Made by a program: the position numbers and the translations under genes
In this document: in pieces, positions 23,229 through 32,970 of the stretch
Layout: each line of letters begins with the position of its first letter
Numbering within the stretch: the first letter of the stretch is position 1
Notes under the pieces: generated by a model
Told to the model about the DNA's origin: nothing
The model's database searches: none
The model's input: only the letters and a program-made list of their open reading frames with translations
Assembly (NCBI GenBank): GCA_963805855.1
Contig: CAWDVW010000005.1
Span: 256,001-320,000 of the forward strand
Direction of reading: 5' to 3'
DNA length: 64,000 nt
DNA from: Candidatus Dadabacteria bacterium
GTDB lineage: Bacteria; Desulfobacterota_D; UBA1144; Nemesobacterales; CSP1-2

Positions 23229-24485
23229 ATGTACGAACTATTCAAGTCCCCGGCTTATGATAACGCACTAAAACAATTTGACAGGGCATGCGATAAACTG
23301 GATTTGGAGGATCCAATCATACAAAGATTCCGACTACCACAACGAACATTGGTAGTGAGCTGTCCAGTCAGAATGGATGATGGAGGCATAAAGGTCTTTA
23401 GCGGGTATCGAGTTCAACACAACCTCACACTAGGACCGTGCAAGGGCGGTGTCCGCTATCATCCTGACGTAGATATGGGGGAGGTAGCTGCTCTTGCAAT
23501 GAGTATGACTTGGAAATGCGGCATAGCTGAACTTCCTTTCGGAGGGGCCAAAGGAGGTGTAGCCGTTGATCCAACTAAGCTTTCATCTGCGGAGCTTGAA
23601 CGGCTTACAAGAAGGTACACTGCCGAGATACTCCCTATAATTGGCCCAAACAAAGACATACCCGCGCCGGATATGGGGACTAATCCTCAAATAATGGCAT
23701 GGATGATGGACACGTATAGCATGACTGAGGGATATACCTCCCCCGCAGTAGTCACCGGAAAACCGGTAATTATCGGAGGTACACACGGCCGGGAAGAAGC
23801 CACGGGCTTTGGCGTTGCTTACATGACAGAGGATGCGTTAAAGCATTTTGATAAAAAACGCTCCGGCATGCGAGCCGCGGTACAGGGATTCGGCAATGTA
23901 GGATCTCACACTGCCTTGAAGTTATCAAGATTAGGTTATAAGATCGTCGCGGCGAGCGATTTATTTGGGGGAGTTTACAACCCCTCGGGCCTTCCGGTTG
24001 AAAAAATTCTTAAGATTGTTGCGAGTGGAGGAAGGGTACAGGATTTACCGGATTCCGATAAAATTACAAACGAAGAGCTACTAACCGCGGATTGCGACAT
24101 CCTGATTCCTGCCGCGATAGGTAGAGTAATCACCGAAGATAACGCCTCGAGGTTAAGATGCGAGATTCTCATAGAGGCAGCCAACGGGCCTACAACAGCC
24201 GAAGCCGACGATATTCTGGAGGAAAGAGGAATTACCGTTGTACCCGATGTCATTGCCAATGCCGGCGGGTTAATTGTGTCATATTTTGAGTGGGTACAGG
24301 GACTGCAAGAATACTACTGGTCTAGTGAACTCGTTTATTCAGAGCTTAAGAAGCGAATGCGTAGAATATTTGACAAAATATCGACCTATTCGGAAGAGAA
24401 AAAGGTTTCTCCTAGAATGGCGGCTCTTATGATTGGCATAGAACAGATAGCCACTGCGAGGAAATTCAGGGGATTATACCCGTAG
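23229..24485 (+). CDS. gdhA: Glu/Leu/Phe/Val dehydrogenase (glutamate dehydrogenase)
   Basis: GPCKGGVRYHP, FGGAKGG, DIPAPDMGT, TGKP, QGFGNVG and EAANGPT motifs; ATG at 23229 after an AAGGA RBS. Confidence 0.93.
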   Translation: MYELFKSPAYDNALKQFDRACDKLDLEDPIIQRFRLPQRTLVVSCPVRMDDGGIKVFSGYRVQHNLTLGPCKGGVRYHPDVDMGEVAALAMSMTWKCGIAELPFGGAKGGVAVDPTKLSSAELERLTRRYTAEILPIIGPNKDIPAPDMGTNPQIMAWMMDTYSMTEGYTSPAVVTGKPVIIGGTHGREEATGFGVAYMTEDALKHFDKKRSGMRAAVQGFGNVGSHTALKLSRLGYKIVAASDLFGGVYNPSGLPVEKILKIVASGGRVQDLPDSDKITNEELLTADCDILIPAAIGRVITEDNASRLRCEILIEAANGPTTAEADDILEERGITVVPDVIANAGGLIVSYFEWVQGLQEYYWSSELVYSELKKRMRRIFDKISTYSEEKKVSPRMAALMIGIEQIATARKFRGLYP

Positions 24486-24535
24486 ACCCCGCTTTGTTTG
24501 TAAACGCTGGAAAGTATCTGTAATATAAACCGTCT

Positions 24536-25336
24536 ATGAGCAAAATCATACCGAGAGCGCTCACGATCGCGGGATCGGATTCAGGCGGGGGAGCCGGAAT
24601 TCAGGCAGATCTTAAAACATTTACTGCACTTAAAGTTTACGGGTTGTCGGTTATCACTTCTATCACGGCTCAAAATACACAGTCTGTCATTGGTATAATT
24701 GACACATCTCCCGATTTTGTAGAACTCCAGATTGACGCTGTTATGGGCGATATAGGAGTTGACGCTGTGAAAACCGGCATGCTATCAAATGAACGTATAG
24801 TCTTGGCAGTTGCAAAAAAAATTAAACAATATGGAATTGAAAAACTGGTTGTAGATCCGGTTATGAGGGCAAAAAGCGGAGATTCACTGTTAAAAAAAGA
24901 GGCAGAGGTCGCGTTAAAAGATGAGTTACTCCCTCTTGCATATATAGTTACGCCTAATATACCCGAGGCCGAACTGCTCTCTGGTATAAGAATTAAATCG
25001 CTAGAAGACATGAAACAGGCAGCGAAAAAAATAAAGGCTCTGGGTCCGAAAAATGTGCTCGTAAAAGGGGGACACCTTGATTCGATTGAGGAAGCAATCG
25101 ACGTTTTATTCGACGGTAATGACTTTCATAAGTATCGAGCACCAAGGATCAACACAAAAAACACCCATGGCACAGGCTGCACCTATTCGGCGGCAATCTG
25201 CGCCGGACTTGCAATGGGTTTTCACGTATTAGATGCTGTTGAAGACGCGAAGGAGTACGTTACACAGGCGATAAGAAATTCCTTCAACTTGGGTAAGGGC
25301 CACGGCCCGTTAAATCATTTTTGGAAATCTCAATAA
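24536..25336 (+). CDS. thiD: Hydroxymethylpyrimidine/phosphomethylpyrimidine kinase
   Basis: TIAGSDSGGGAGIQADLKT, THGTGCT and GHGPLNH motifs. Confidence 0.96.
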   Translation: MSKIIPRALTIAGSDSGGGAGIQADLKTFTALKVYGLSVITSITAQNTQSVIGIIDTSPDFVELQIDAVMGDIGVDAVKTGMLSNERIVLAVAKKIKQYGIEKLVVDPVMRAKSGDSLLKKEAEVALKDELLPLAYIVTPNIPEAELLSGIRIKSLEDMKQAAKKIKALGPKNVLVKGGHLDSIEEAIDVLFDGNDFHKYRAPRINTKNTHGTGCTYSAAICAGLAMGFHVLDAVEDAKEYVTQAIRNSFNLGKGHGPLNHFWKSQ

Positions 25337-25518
25337 CCAGGATGCAGGATGCACGGATACAGGATACATGATGCATGATGCACAATGAAGGAGGTTTAAA
25401 GAGCGTTTCTATTGTGTTCTTTATCCTGTATCTTGAATCGTGCATCATGTATCCCCGTGATTTTTATACCTGGTCACCCATGGTTAATTAAACATCACGA
25501 AGGAGGTAATAATTTGCT

Positions 25519-26379
25519 ATGTCGGAAATTATTGACGGCAAAAAAGTATCCCAGCATATTAGAGAAGAAGTGGCTAGAGAAGTAGAAATACTTAAAAACG
25601 AAACTGGAACAACTCCAGGACTTGCGGCAGTACTGGTTGGCGATAATCCGGCATCCGAAATTTACGTGAGAAACAAGAGAAAGGCCTGTGAGCAGGTAGG
25701 CATATATTCCGAAGAGTATAAATTATCAAAAGAAACAACCCAGAACGAGTTGTTATCTCTGATTGACAAATTAAACAATGATAAAAAGATTCATGGAATA
25801 CTTGTCCAGCTCCCACTACCGGAGCAAATAGAGAGTACAAAGATTCTCAGATCGGTTTCTCCCTCAAAAGATGTCGATGGTTTTCATCCGGAAAATGTGG
25901 GACTGCTCGTTGAAGGAAATCCAAGATTCATATCCTGTACACCAAACGGAATAATGAAGATGCTTGACTTTTACAATATTGAAATCAAGGGAAAAGAGGC
26001 AGTGGTGGTAGGAAGAAGTAACATTGTTGGAAAACCTACAGCGATACTTTTGCTGCATCGGCATGCTACAGTAACAATCTGTCATTCTAGAACGACTCGA
26101 CTCGATGAAGTCGTACGCAGAGCTGACATTCTTGTTGCAGCAATAGGACGGCCTAATTTCATCACCGAAGACATGGTTAAGGAGGGAGCCGTCGTCATCG
26201 ATGTTGGTATAAATCGTAACAAAGATGGAAAACTTATCGGTGATGTTGATTTTGAAAAGGTGAAGGGAAAAGCATCATATATAACCCCGGTCCCGGGCGG
26301 AGTTGGTCCTATGACAATCGCCATGCTGCTGTGGAACACACTTGAATCCGCAAAAATGCGCGTGGGAGAAGCAAGATGA
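25519..26379 (+). CDS. folD: Methylenetetrahydrofolate dehydrogenase/cyclohydrolase
   Basis: [27 protein letters not shown] and [11 protein letters not shown] motifs. Confidence 0.97.
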   Translation: MSEIIDGKKVSQHIREEVAREVEILKNETGTTPGLAAVLVGDNPASEIYVRNKRKACEQVGIYSEEYKLSKETTQNELLSLIDKLNNDKKIHGILVQLPLPEQIESTKILRSVSPSKDVDGFHPENVGLLVEGNPRFISCTPNGIMKMLDFYNIEIKGKEAVVVGRSNIVGKPTAILLLHRHATVTICHSRTTRLDEVVRRADILVAAIGRPNFITEDMVKEGAVVIDVGINRNKDGKLIGDVDFEKVKGKASYITPVPGGVGPMTIAMLLWNTLESAKMRVGEAR

Positions 26380-26684
26380 CGAAGTCAACGGGTCAAGGCA
26401 TGAAGGGGTAAGTCCCCACCTTTTCTTCCTAACTTCTTTGTCTTGATACTGAAACGAGTTCAGCATGACTGACGATGAAATTCGTCCTCTTAACACAATT
26501 TTTTGAATGCCCTTTTAAGACCTAAAGGACTGTCCACAAAATATCTAACATACACAGCAATGACGGCCGTATCGTTGACCCGGATTATACTTGTACTCAA
26601 AAGCTTTGATTGGGTACTCTCGCCTAAGGCGAAGCCGAAAAACCCGCCGCTGGTTTTTACTGAGCTGATGTAGAAAATTAATCC

Positions 26685-26882
26685 TGTGGATAACTTTTAT
26701 AGGTATCTAAGTGAAGTTGCCCACAATATCTCGATTGAACAATCACAACATCATCCTAACGTGCTGTGTTCATTGAACGTTAAACCTATATTTTGCATAA
26801 AATAGCATGTTGAGAAGTTCTTGAAAAGTTTGTTTAAACACTGTGCACAGACTGTGGATTATTGTGGAATTATTGTGGAAAA
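26685..26882. promoter_or_regulatory. Cluster of DnaA boxes (candidate replication origin)
   Basis: Perfect TGTGGATAA at 26685; TTGCCCACA at 26717; TGTGGATTA at 26853; TGTGGAAAA at 26874. Lies in a convergent intergenic region with an AT-rich stretch. Confidence 0.5.
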
Positions 26883-27362
26883 GTCGCCGACCTTGTTAAC
26901 TCTCTTCGTTTCCTCCAAGTCGTGCAAAAGTTTGGAAACGGAAACCTTTAAGATCGGGTGAATAAAATCTGGGGCGATCTCCTGTAGCGGCTCCAGAACG
27001 AACCTCCTGAGATGCACCCTTGGATGGGGTATGATCAAATCTTCACCCTGAATTACCACATCATCATAAAAAATAAGATCGAGGTCGATAGTCCTCGGAC
27101 CACCTGCATCCACCCGCTTCCGCCCGAGCTTATTCTCGATATCAAGGAGGTTGGACAAAAGTTCGTAAGGGCCCAGTCCTGTCTCGATCTCTACCACGCA
27201 ATTGATAAAATCAGGTTGATCAATTACCCCAACTGGCTCGGTCTCATAAACTGAAGAAAGTGATTTAATGACCGCGAACTTTGTAATCGCCGTAATAGCC
27301 TTATTACAATAGTCAATTCTATCACCCTGATTTGATCCTATAGCGATATAGGCATTAGCCAT
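26859..27362 (-). CDS. folK: 2-amino-4-hydroxy-6-hydroxymethyldihydropteridine diphosphokinase
   Basis: IAIGSNQG, SSVYETEP, GPRTIDLDL and IPHPR motifs. Confidence 0.96.
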   Translation of the reverse strand: MANAYIAIGSNQGDRIDYCNKAITAITKFAVIKSLSSVYETEPVGVIDQPDFINCVVEIETGLGPYELLSNLLDIENKLGRKRVDAGGPRTIDLDLIFYDDVVIQGEDLIIPHPRVHLRRFVLEPLQEIAPDFIHPILKVSVSKLLHDLEETKRVNKVGDFSTIIPQ

Positions 27363-27436
27363 TTTTTGTCAATAAAATTATAACATTTTGACTATACGAC
27401 TGCTTCTATATATTTTATACAATAAAGGAGGGGAAA

Positions 27437-27712
27437 ATGGGTCTATTGAGCGAAAGCGAAATTCGGGAAGGTTTACGTACCTCAGAGGGTTGGCAGTTAA
27501 AAGGAAACGAAATAACTAAAACATATACTCATAAAGATTTCATCGATTCCATATCATTTGTAAGCAGGGTCGCAATACTTGCCGAGAAGGCAAACCACCA
27601 TCCAGATATTCTAATCCAATATAACAAGGTAACGCTTACGTTATCCACTCATAGCGAGGGCGGTCTCACAGAAAACGACTTTAACCTGGCAAGGAAAATT
27701 GATCGGGTTTAG
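27437..27712 (+). CDS. phhB: Pterin-4-alpha-carbinolamine dehydratase
   Basis: AEKANHHPDI and LSTHSEGGLTENDF motifs; AGGAGG RBS. Confidence 0.93.
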   Translation: MGLLSESEIREGLRTSEGWQLKGNEITKTYTHKDFIDSISFVSRVAILAEKANHHPDILIQYNKVTLTLSTHSEGGLTENDFNLARKIDRV

Positions 27713-27739
27713 CCCAAGTGATAGCGATTGTCCACCGCC

Positions 27740-28170
27740 TCGTGTCATTCCCAAATGCCGTTATTGGGAATCCATGTTCTTGTCCGTGGACCCCCGATTA
27801 AAGTCCTCGGGGATGACACAAGAGAAGTCCCCGTACGCGGGTTAGAAAACCCCGCCTATCTTTATTGATGAGGACACTTATTATGGATAGTCGGGACATT
27901 CCTGTCCCGATAGGTTTCCAAGTCATCGATCCTATGGACAGCCTTACCCTGAGTCGATCAAAGGGACTCGCGATCTGCACGAATTGGACTAAGTAGTCCA
28001 AGAAAGTTAGGAAGGGAGGAGATTCCGTCGGGATAAACCTCCTCGCAAGCCCAGACCGGGAGCAAGCCTGGATTCCCGCTTACAGTCCGCGGGAATGACA
28101 CGAATGGATGGATTCTCGTTAATGGGTTTGGTAATGTCACGCCTTGTCGAATGGACTCGTGACCTAACCA
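27740..28170. repeat. Cluster of REP-like palindromic repeats
   Basis: Several imperfect hairpins; 27881-27940 is an inverted copy of about 52358-52418; a GGACTCGYGA motif recurs near 27963, 28153, 44887 and 45351. Confidence 0.65.
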
Positions 28171-28177
28171 GGAATAA

Positions 28178-28447
28178 TCAATTCTTTTTGTCAATAACCT
28201 TGTACTCGTCTTGTCTTAATATAATCGTTCGACCGTCATCTTCTACCCGCTTTTGCTTAGGCTTGTACGGTTTCAAAAACAAACGGGCAAGCAAAGCTCC
28301 TGATGCAATTAATAGAATAAATGTACCTATTAATATCCCAAAAAAGATAGCAAGCATGAGTAATAGCAAACCCATTATCAAAAAACCCGGTATGGAGTAA
28401 AAGGGAAGTCTCTTATTGTAAGAAAAAATTCGGTTATTAAAATTCAC
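28178..28447 (-). CDS. Small membrane protein, unknown function
   Basis: Two hydrophobic segments followed by a charged tail (RVEDDGRTIIL..DEYKV); GGGAG RBS before GTG. Confidence 0.6.
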   Translation of the reverse strand: MNFNNRIFSYNKRLPFYSIPGFLIMGLLLLMLAIFFGILIGTFILLIASGALLARLFLKPYKPKQKRVEDDGRTIILRQDEYKVIDKKN

Positions 28448-28627
28448 TTATTTTCTCCCGGACATATTCTTTTACCTATTATAGTGAAGATAACTAATGA
28501 ATAATGATTCTTCAAGTTGAATTGCCGACACTCACTACTTTGTGCGAGAAATTCCTCGACAAAGTACCTATCATTTGATGAATAATTCATTCTCCTCAGT
28601 TCTTTTCGGAATGAAAAAAAATTAAAC

Positions 28628-28842
28628 GGCCTCCCAAAAATTACCGCCTGTGCCGAACCATGTCCTGACGATAGGTCACGATCTATTCAGTATTAAGATA
28701 ATCAGGAACGAAGACGTTAAAATCCCCTCTAACTCCCCTTTATAAAAGGGGAGGATGGACTGGCAGCATCTATTCTTAGAAGCTTTGCCAGAAGTAATTT
28801 CCTCCTTTCGTAAAGGAGGATTAAGGAGGATTTTGGACAGCC
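28628..28842 (+). repeat. MITE-like repeat family B, expanded copy with internal palindromes
   Basis: Ends GGCCTCCCAAAAATT and TTTTGGACAGCC match the copies at 45002 and 57139; internal TTAAGATAATCAGGAACGAAGACG is shared. Confidence 0.6.
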
Positions 28843-29035
28843 TTGTCCTGACTAGTGAGCACTTCGACGTAGCTCAGCACAAGCCTGTCGAACTATCGAA
28901 GGGGTGTTTCTTTGTACCTGTGCTGAACCATGCCCTGATGAGAGGTCAGGATCTATTCAGTAGCAAGACAAAGAAGTTAAACCGCGTCCAGCAATTAGAT
29001 TTTTCAAACCTTTAGGCTAAATGGGGATCTACCGA

Positions 29036-30004
29036 CTAGATCGGCACCTTTACCCTTTCAAGAACTTCATTAAGCAAGTCCTCTTGCCTTCTCTTTTCGG
29101 GCAGATGCTCGTATTTTAAAACAACCCGGTGCGAAAGAACAGGTATCACCATTTCCTTTATATCATCAGGTATGCAGAAGCTTCGGCCATCAAGAAGCGC
29201 TCTCGACTGCGCAGCTAATTTAAGCGCAATCGCTCCCCTGGGACTAACGCCAAGCTCGAAATATTTCTGGTTTCTCGTTTCTTTGACTATAGACAATATA
29301 TAATCCAGAAGCGATTCATCGATACTTACCTGCTGTGTCATACTTTGAAGCTGCAGTAACTCCTCCTTCGTCAAAACAGGCTTAATCCCGTTCAGGAAAC
29401 CGAGAGAATTAAATTTGACAAGAATCTCCATTTCACTTTCATAGTCGGGATATCCAATTCTTACCCTCATAAGGAATCTATCGAGCTGGTTTTCCGGAAG
29501 AGGAAAAGTACCTTTATACTCAAATGGATTCTGCGTGGCAACTACCATAAAGGGATCAGGAAGCCTGTGACTATACCCATCGATTGTGACGACAGATTCA
29601 TTCATCGCCTCCAGCAATGCGCTTTGCGTTTTTGGTGTGGCCCTGTTTATCTCGTCCACGAAAACGACATTCGCGAAAATTGGCCCATGCTTAAAGTTAA
29701 ACTCCCCGGTATTTTGATCAAATATCGAAACACCGAGTATATCGGTAGGCAGTAGATCGCTGGTAAACTGTAACCTTTTAAAAGATAGGTCAACCGAATT
29801 TGCGAGGGCCTGGGCTAAAGTTGTCTTTCCTACACCCGGGACATCCTCTATCAATAAATGTCCACGTGAAATAAGTGCTACTATAGCAGTTTTTATTACT
29901 TCGGGTTTTCCCTTTATAACCTGCTGGATATTCTTTTCGAGTCTTCGAATCTTTTCCGAAAGCCCCGAAAGTTCAGAATCAGTCACCAAGCTATGACCTG
30001 CCAT
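29036..30004 (-). CDS. MoxR family AAA+ ATPase
   Basis: [37 protein letters not shown] and QLDRF motifs; start probably the ATG at 30004. Confidence 0.94.
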   Translation of the reverse strand: MAGHSLVTDSELSGLSEKIRRLEKNIQQVIKGKPEVIKTAIVALISRGHLLIEDVPGVGKTTLAQALANSVDLSFKRLQFTSDLLPTDILGVSIFDQNTGEFNFKHGPIFANVVFVDEINRATPKTQSALLEAMNESVVTIDGYSHRLPDPFMVVATQNPFEYKGTFPLPENQLDRFLMRVRIGYPDYESEMEILVKFNSLGFLNGIKPVLTKEELLQLQSMTQQVSIDESLLDYILSIVKETRNQKYFELGVSPRGAIALKLAAQSRALLDGRSFCIPDDIKEMVIPVLSHRVVLKYEHLPEKRRQEDLLNEVLERVKVPI

Positions 30005-32846
30005 GACATTTCTTGTATTTCTTACCGCTTCCACACGGACACGGATCGTTTCTTCCCACCTTTTTCTCGCGCTTTACAGGTTTCCTTTTTTCTTCCCCCT
30101 CTCCCCTTCCCAACACCATCTGCTTTTGCTGCTCAAGCCTCCTTCTCCGCTCGAGACGCTCCATATCGACGTCGCTTATAGGCTGCACCCTAAAAAGCTT
30201 TTCGCAAACGTCTGCGTTACAGCGGTAAAGCATACCCGAAAACATCTCAAATCCTTCTTTCTTATATTCATAGAGTGGATCTTTTTGCGCATACCCCCTA
30301 AGCCCAATACCTTCTCTCAGATGATCCATGCTTAAAAGATGATCCTTCCATAAGTAATCAATCGTCTGGAGCATAATATATTTTTCGATTTGCCTGAGCG
30401 TTTCCGAACCAATCTGATTCTCCTTCTCATCATAATAACTATGCACTCTTTCCCTGGCATATTCCATAATGTCGGATCGCTTGGCTCCATTCTGAGCGTA
30501 TTGGGAAAAATCTAAATGTACATTGAAGATCCTGTAAATGGATTCATCGAGTTCATTAAAATCCACTCCATCGGATTTCAGGTTCTCAGGCAAATTAGAA
30601 ATAAGGATGCTGTCTTGGAGTTCATCCGCCATATTAAACAGATTATCTTTTAGATTCTCTCCGCCCAGTACTTCTCTTCTCTTTGTATAAATTACATCTC
30701 GCTGCGTGTTTAAAACATCGTCGTACTCAAGCAAATGCTTCCTGATGTCAAAGTTTCTGGACTCAACCCTTTTCTGTGCGTTTTCGATAGACTTGGATAT
30801 CATTTTGTGCTCGATAGGTTCGCCCTCATTCCATCCCAGCTTATCCATGATCCGCGAGATCCGGTCAGAAGCAAAAATCCTCATTAGATCGTCTTCGAGC
30901 GAAACATAGAAACGAGAAGAACCCGGATCCCCCTGTCTACCGGATCTACCCCTCAGCTGATTGTCGATTCTTCTGGCTTCATGCCTCTCGGTACCAATTA
31001 TGTGAAGACCACCGAGCTCAATCACCTTTCTCTTTTCTTCCTCGCAACTCGATTTGGCTTCAAGCATTGCTTCCTCAAACTGATGCGGCTCCGCCTCGTT
31101 AGCTTCGACCTTGAATCTCCTTTTTATAATTTCCCTTGCAAGAAACTCTGGATTTCCGCCAAGTATGATATCCGTACCACGGCCTGCCATATTTGTCGCA
31201 ATGGTTACACCCCCAACTCTTCCAGCCTGCGCCACAATCTCTGCCTCTCTCTCATGATGCTTAGCATTGAGCACCTGGTGCTTGATTCGAAGTTTGTCCA
31301 GCAACTTGCTCACCCTCTCGGATTTTTCGATTGAAGTGGTCCCAACGAGCACAGGCCTTCCCATTTCATTTAGTTCTTTAATCTCTTCCGCCACGGCGCC
31401 AAACTTCTCTCCCTCACTCTTATAGACAGAGTCATTATTGTCAATCCTTATCATCGGCTTATGCGTGGGGACTATTACAACATCCAGGTTATAAATATTT
31501 TTAAACTCAAATGCCTCTGTATCCGCTGTACCGGTCATTCCCGATAACTTTCCATACATCCTGAAGTAGTTCTGAATGGTAATTGTAGCAAGCGTTTGGT
31601 TTTCGCTTTCAATCTCTACCCCCTCCTTAGCCTCTATAGCCTGATGAAGACCGTCACTCCATCTTCTACCAGGCATTAGCCTTCCCGTAAATTCATCAAC
31701 TATGATGACCTTGCCATCTTTCACCATATAGTCGACATCATATTGAAAAAGGTTATGTGCCCGAAGAGCCTGTATCACATGATGGAGTAACTCAATATTT
31801 GAGGGATCATATATGTTGTTAATCTCAAGCATCTTCTCTACCCTGGTAGCGCCTTCTTCGGTGGGTGTCACCTGCCTTGTCTTTTCGTCTACGGTAAAGT
31901 CGACCTCCTTCTTCAGCTTCTTGACCACATTATCTATCTCATAGTAGAGCTGTGTTGAATCTTCAGATGGTCCGGATATAATGAGCGGTGTTCTCGCTTC
32001 ATCGATAAGGATACTGTCAACCTCGTCAACTATTCCGAAATTATGCTCCCTCTGGACATAGTCTTCCAGAGAGAATTTCATATTATCCCTCAGATAATCA
32101 AAACCAAACTCGTTGTTCGTTCCATAGGTAGCATCAGCGAGATAGGCCTCTTTTCTTGTACACTCTACAAGCCGTGTTTGGTATGCGGCAAGCGCTTCCA
32201 GGTTTCTTTCCTTTGGAATTTCCATTTCTGCATATTCATCAGGCCACACGCTGAGGTTGTTTTGGATTGCGTGTTCTGCTCGATTGGGGTCTTCCCATTC
32301 TACAAGATATGAGACCTCATGATTTATTACCCCTACCTTAAGCCCAAGCATTTTGTAGATCGGCCCCATCCACAGCGCATCCCTTCTTGCGAGGTAATCA
32401 TTCACGGTTACAAGATGAGCGCCCAGTCCAGTTAAACCATTAAGATATATAGGAAGCGCAGCTACCAATGTCTTTCCCTCACCAGTCTTCATCTCAGCAA
32501 TTTTTCCCTGATGCAAAACTATTCCACCAATCAACTGAACATCGAAATGACGGAGCCCCAATGACCTTCTAGACGCCTCTCTCACAAGTGCAAATGCCTC
32601 TGGTAGAACCTCCCAGATAACATTTTCCAACTTAAGATAGTTCTCTTCTTCGTCAGATTCCTGATAACCATTTAACTCCTTCTTTATCGTTTCCCCGAGA
32701 CTGTCAGTCCTGCTTCCCAATTCTATTGTAGGAATTTTAATAAGTTCATGTTCCAATTCATTTATGCGAGAGACGATAGGGCTAAGCCTTTTTAGCTCTC
32801 TCTGGTTCTGAGTCCCTACAATCTTCTTCATAATATACGAAATCAT
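29991..32846 (-). CDS. secA: Preprotein translocase ATPase SecA (ORF open from 32876)
   Basis: [49 protein letters not shown] and SEC-C motif [17 protein letters not shown]. Confidence 0.98.
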   Translation of the reverse strand: MISYIMKKIVGTQNQRELKRLSPIVSRINELEHELIKIPTIELGSRTDSLGETIKKELNGYQESDEEENYLKLENVIWEVLPEAFALVREASRRSLGLRHFDVQLIGGIVLHQGKIAEMKTGEGKTLVAALPIYLNGLTGLGAHLVTVNDYLARRDALWMGPIYKMLGLKVGVINHEVSYLVEWEDPNRAEHAIQNNLSVWPDEYAEMEIPKERNLEALAAYQTRLVECTRKEAYLADATYGTNNEFGFDYLRDNMKFSLEDYVQREHNFGIVDEVDSILIDEARTPLIISGPSEDSTQLYYEIDNVVKKLKKEVDFTVDEKTRQVTPTEEGATRVEKMLEINNIYDPSNIELLHHVIQALRAHNLFQYDVDYMVKDGKVIIVDEFTGRLMPGRRWSDGLHQAIEAKEGVEIESENQTLATITIQNYFRMYGKLSGMTGTADTEAFEFKNIYNLDVVIVPTHKPMIRIDNNDSVYKSEGEKFGAVAEEIKELNEMGRPVLVGTTSIEKSERVSKLLDKLRIKHQVLNAKHHEREAEIVAQAGRVGGVTIATNMAGRGTDIILGGNPEFLAREIIKRRFKVEANEAEPHQFEEAMLEAKSSCEEEKRKVIELGGLHIIGTERHEARRIDNQLRGRSGRQGDPGSSRFYVSLEDDLMRIFASDRISRIMDKLGWNEGEPIEHKMISKSIENAQKRVESRNFDIRKHLLEYDDVLNTQRDVIYTKRREVLGGENLKDNLFNMADELQDSILISNLPENLKSDGVDFNELDESIYRIFNVHLDFSQYAQNGAKRSDIMEYARERVHSYYDEKENQIGSETLRQIEKYIMLQTIDYLWKDHLLSMDHLREGIGLRGYAQKDPLYEYKKEGFEMFSGMLYRCNADVCEKLFRVQPISDVDMERLERRRRLEQQKQMVLGRGEGEEKRKPVKREKKVGRNDPCPCGSGKKYKKCHGRS

Positions 32847-32970
32847 ACTGCTTCTAGCCTCCCGACCAAGCATCAATGGATGATAAAAATTATAAGTTGA
32901 AAACCCCTCTATAACAAGTTACAGGTAGTAGATAGGTCCAATATAGGTCGTAAAATTATCGATGCAAGCC

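Noticed and set aside
22579-23260. ORFs 22579-22842 and 22949-23260, and the extended gdhA start at 23082
   Set aside because: They run through or next to repeat family A; gdhA homology begins at the ATG at 23229.
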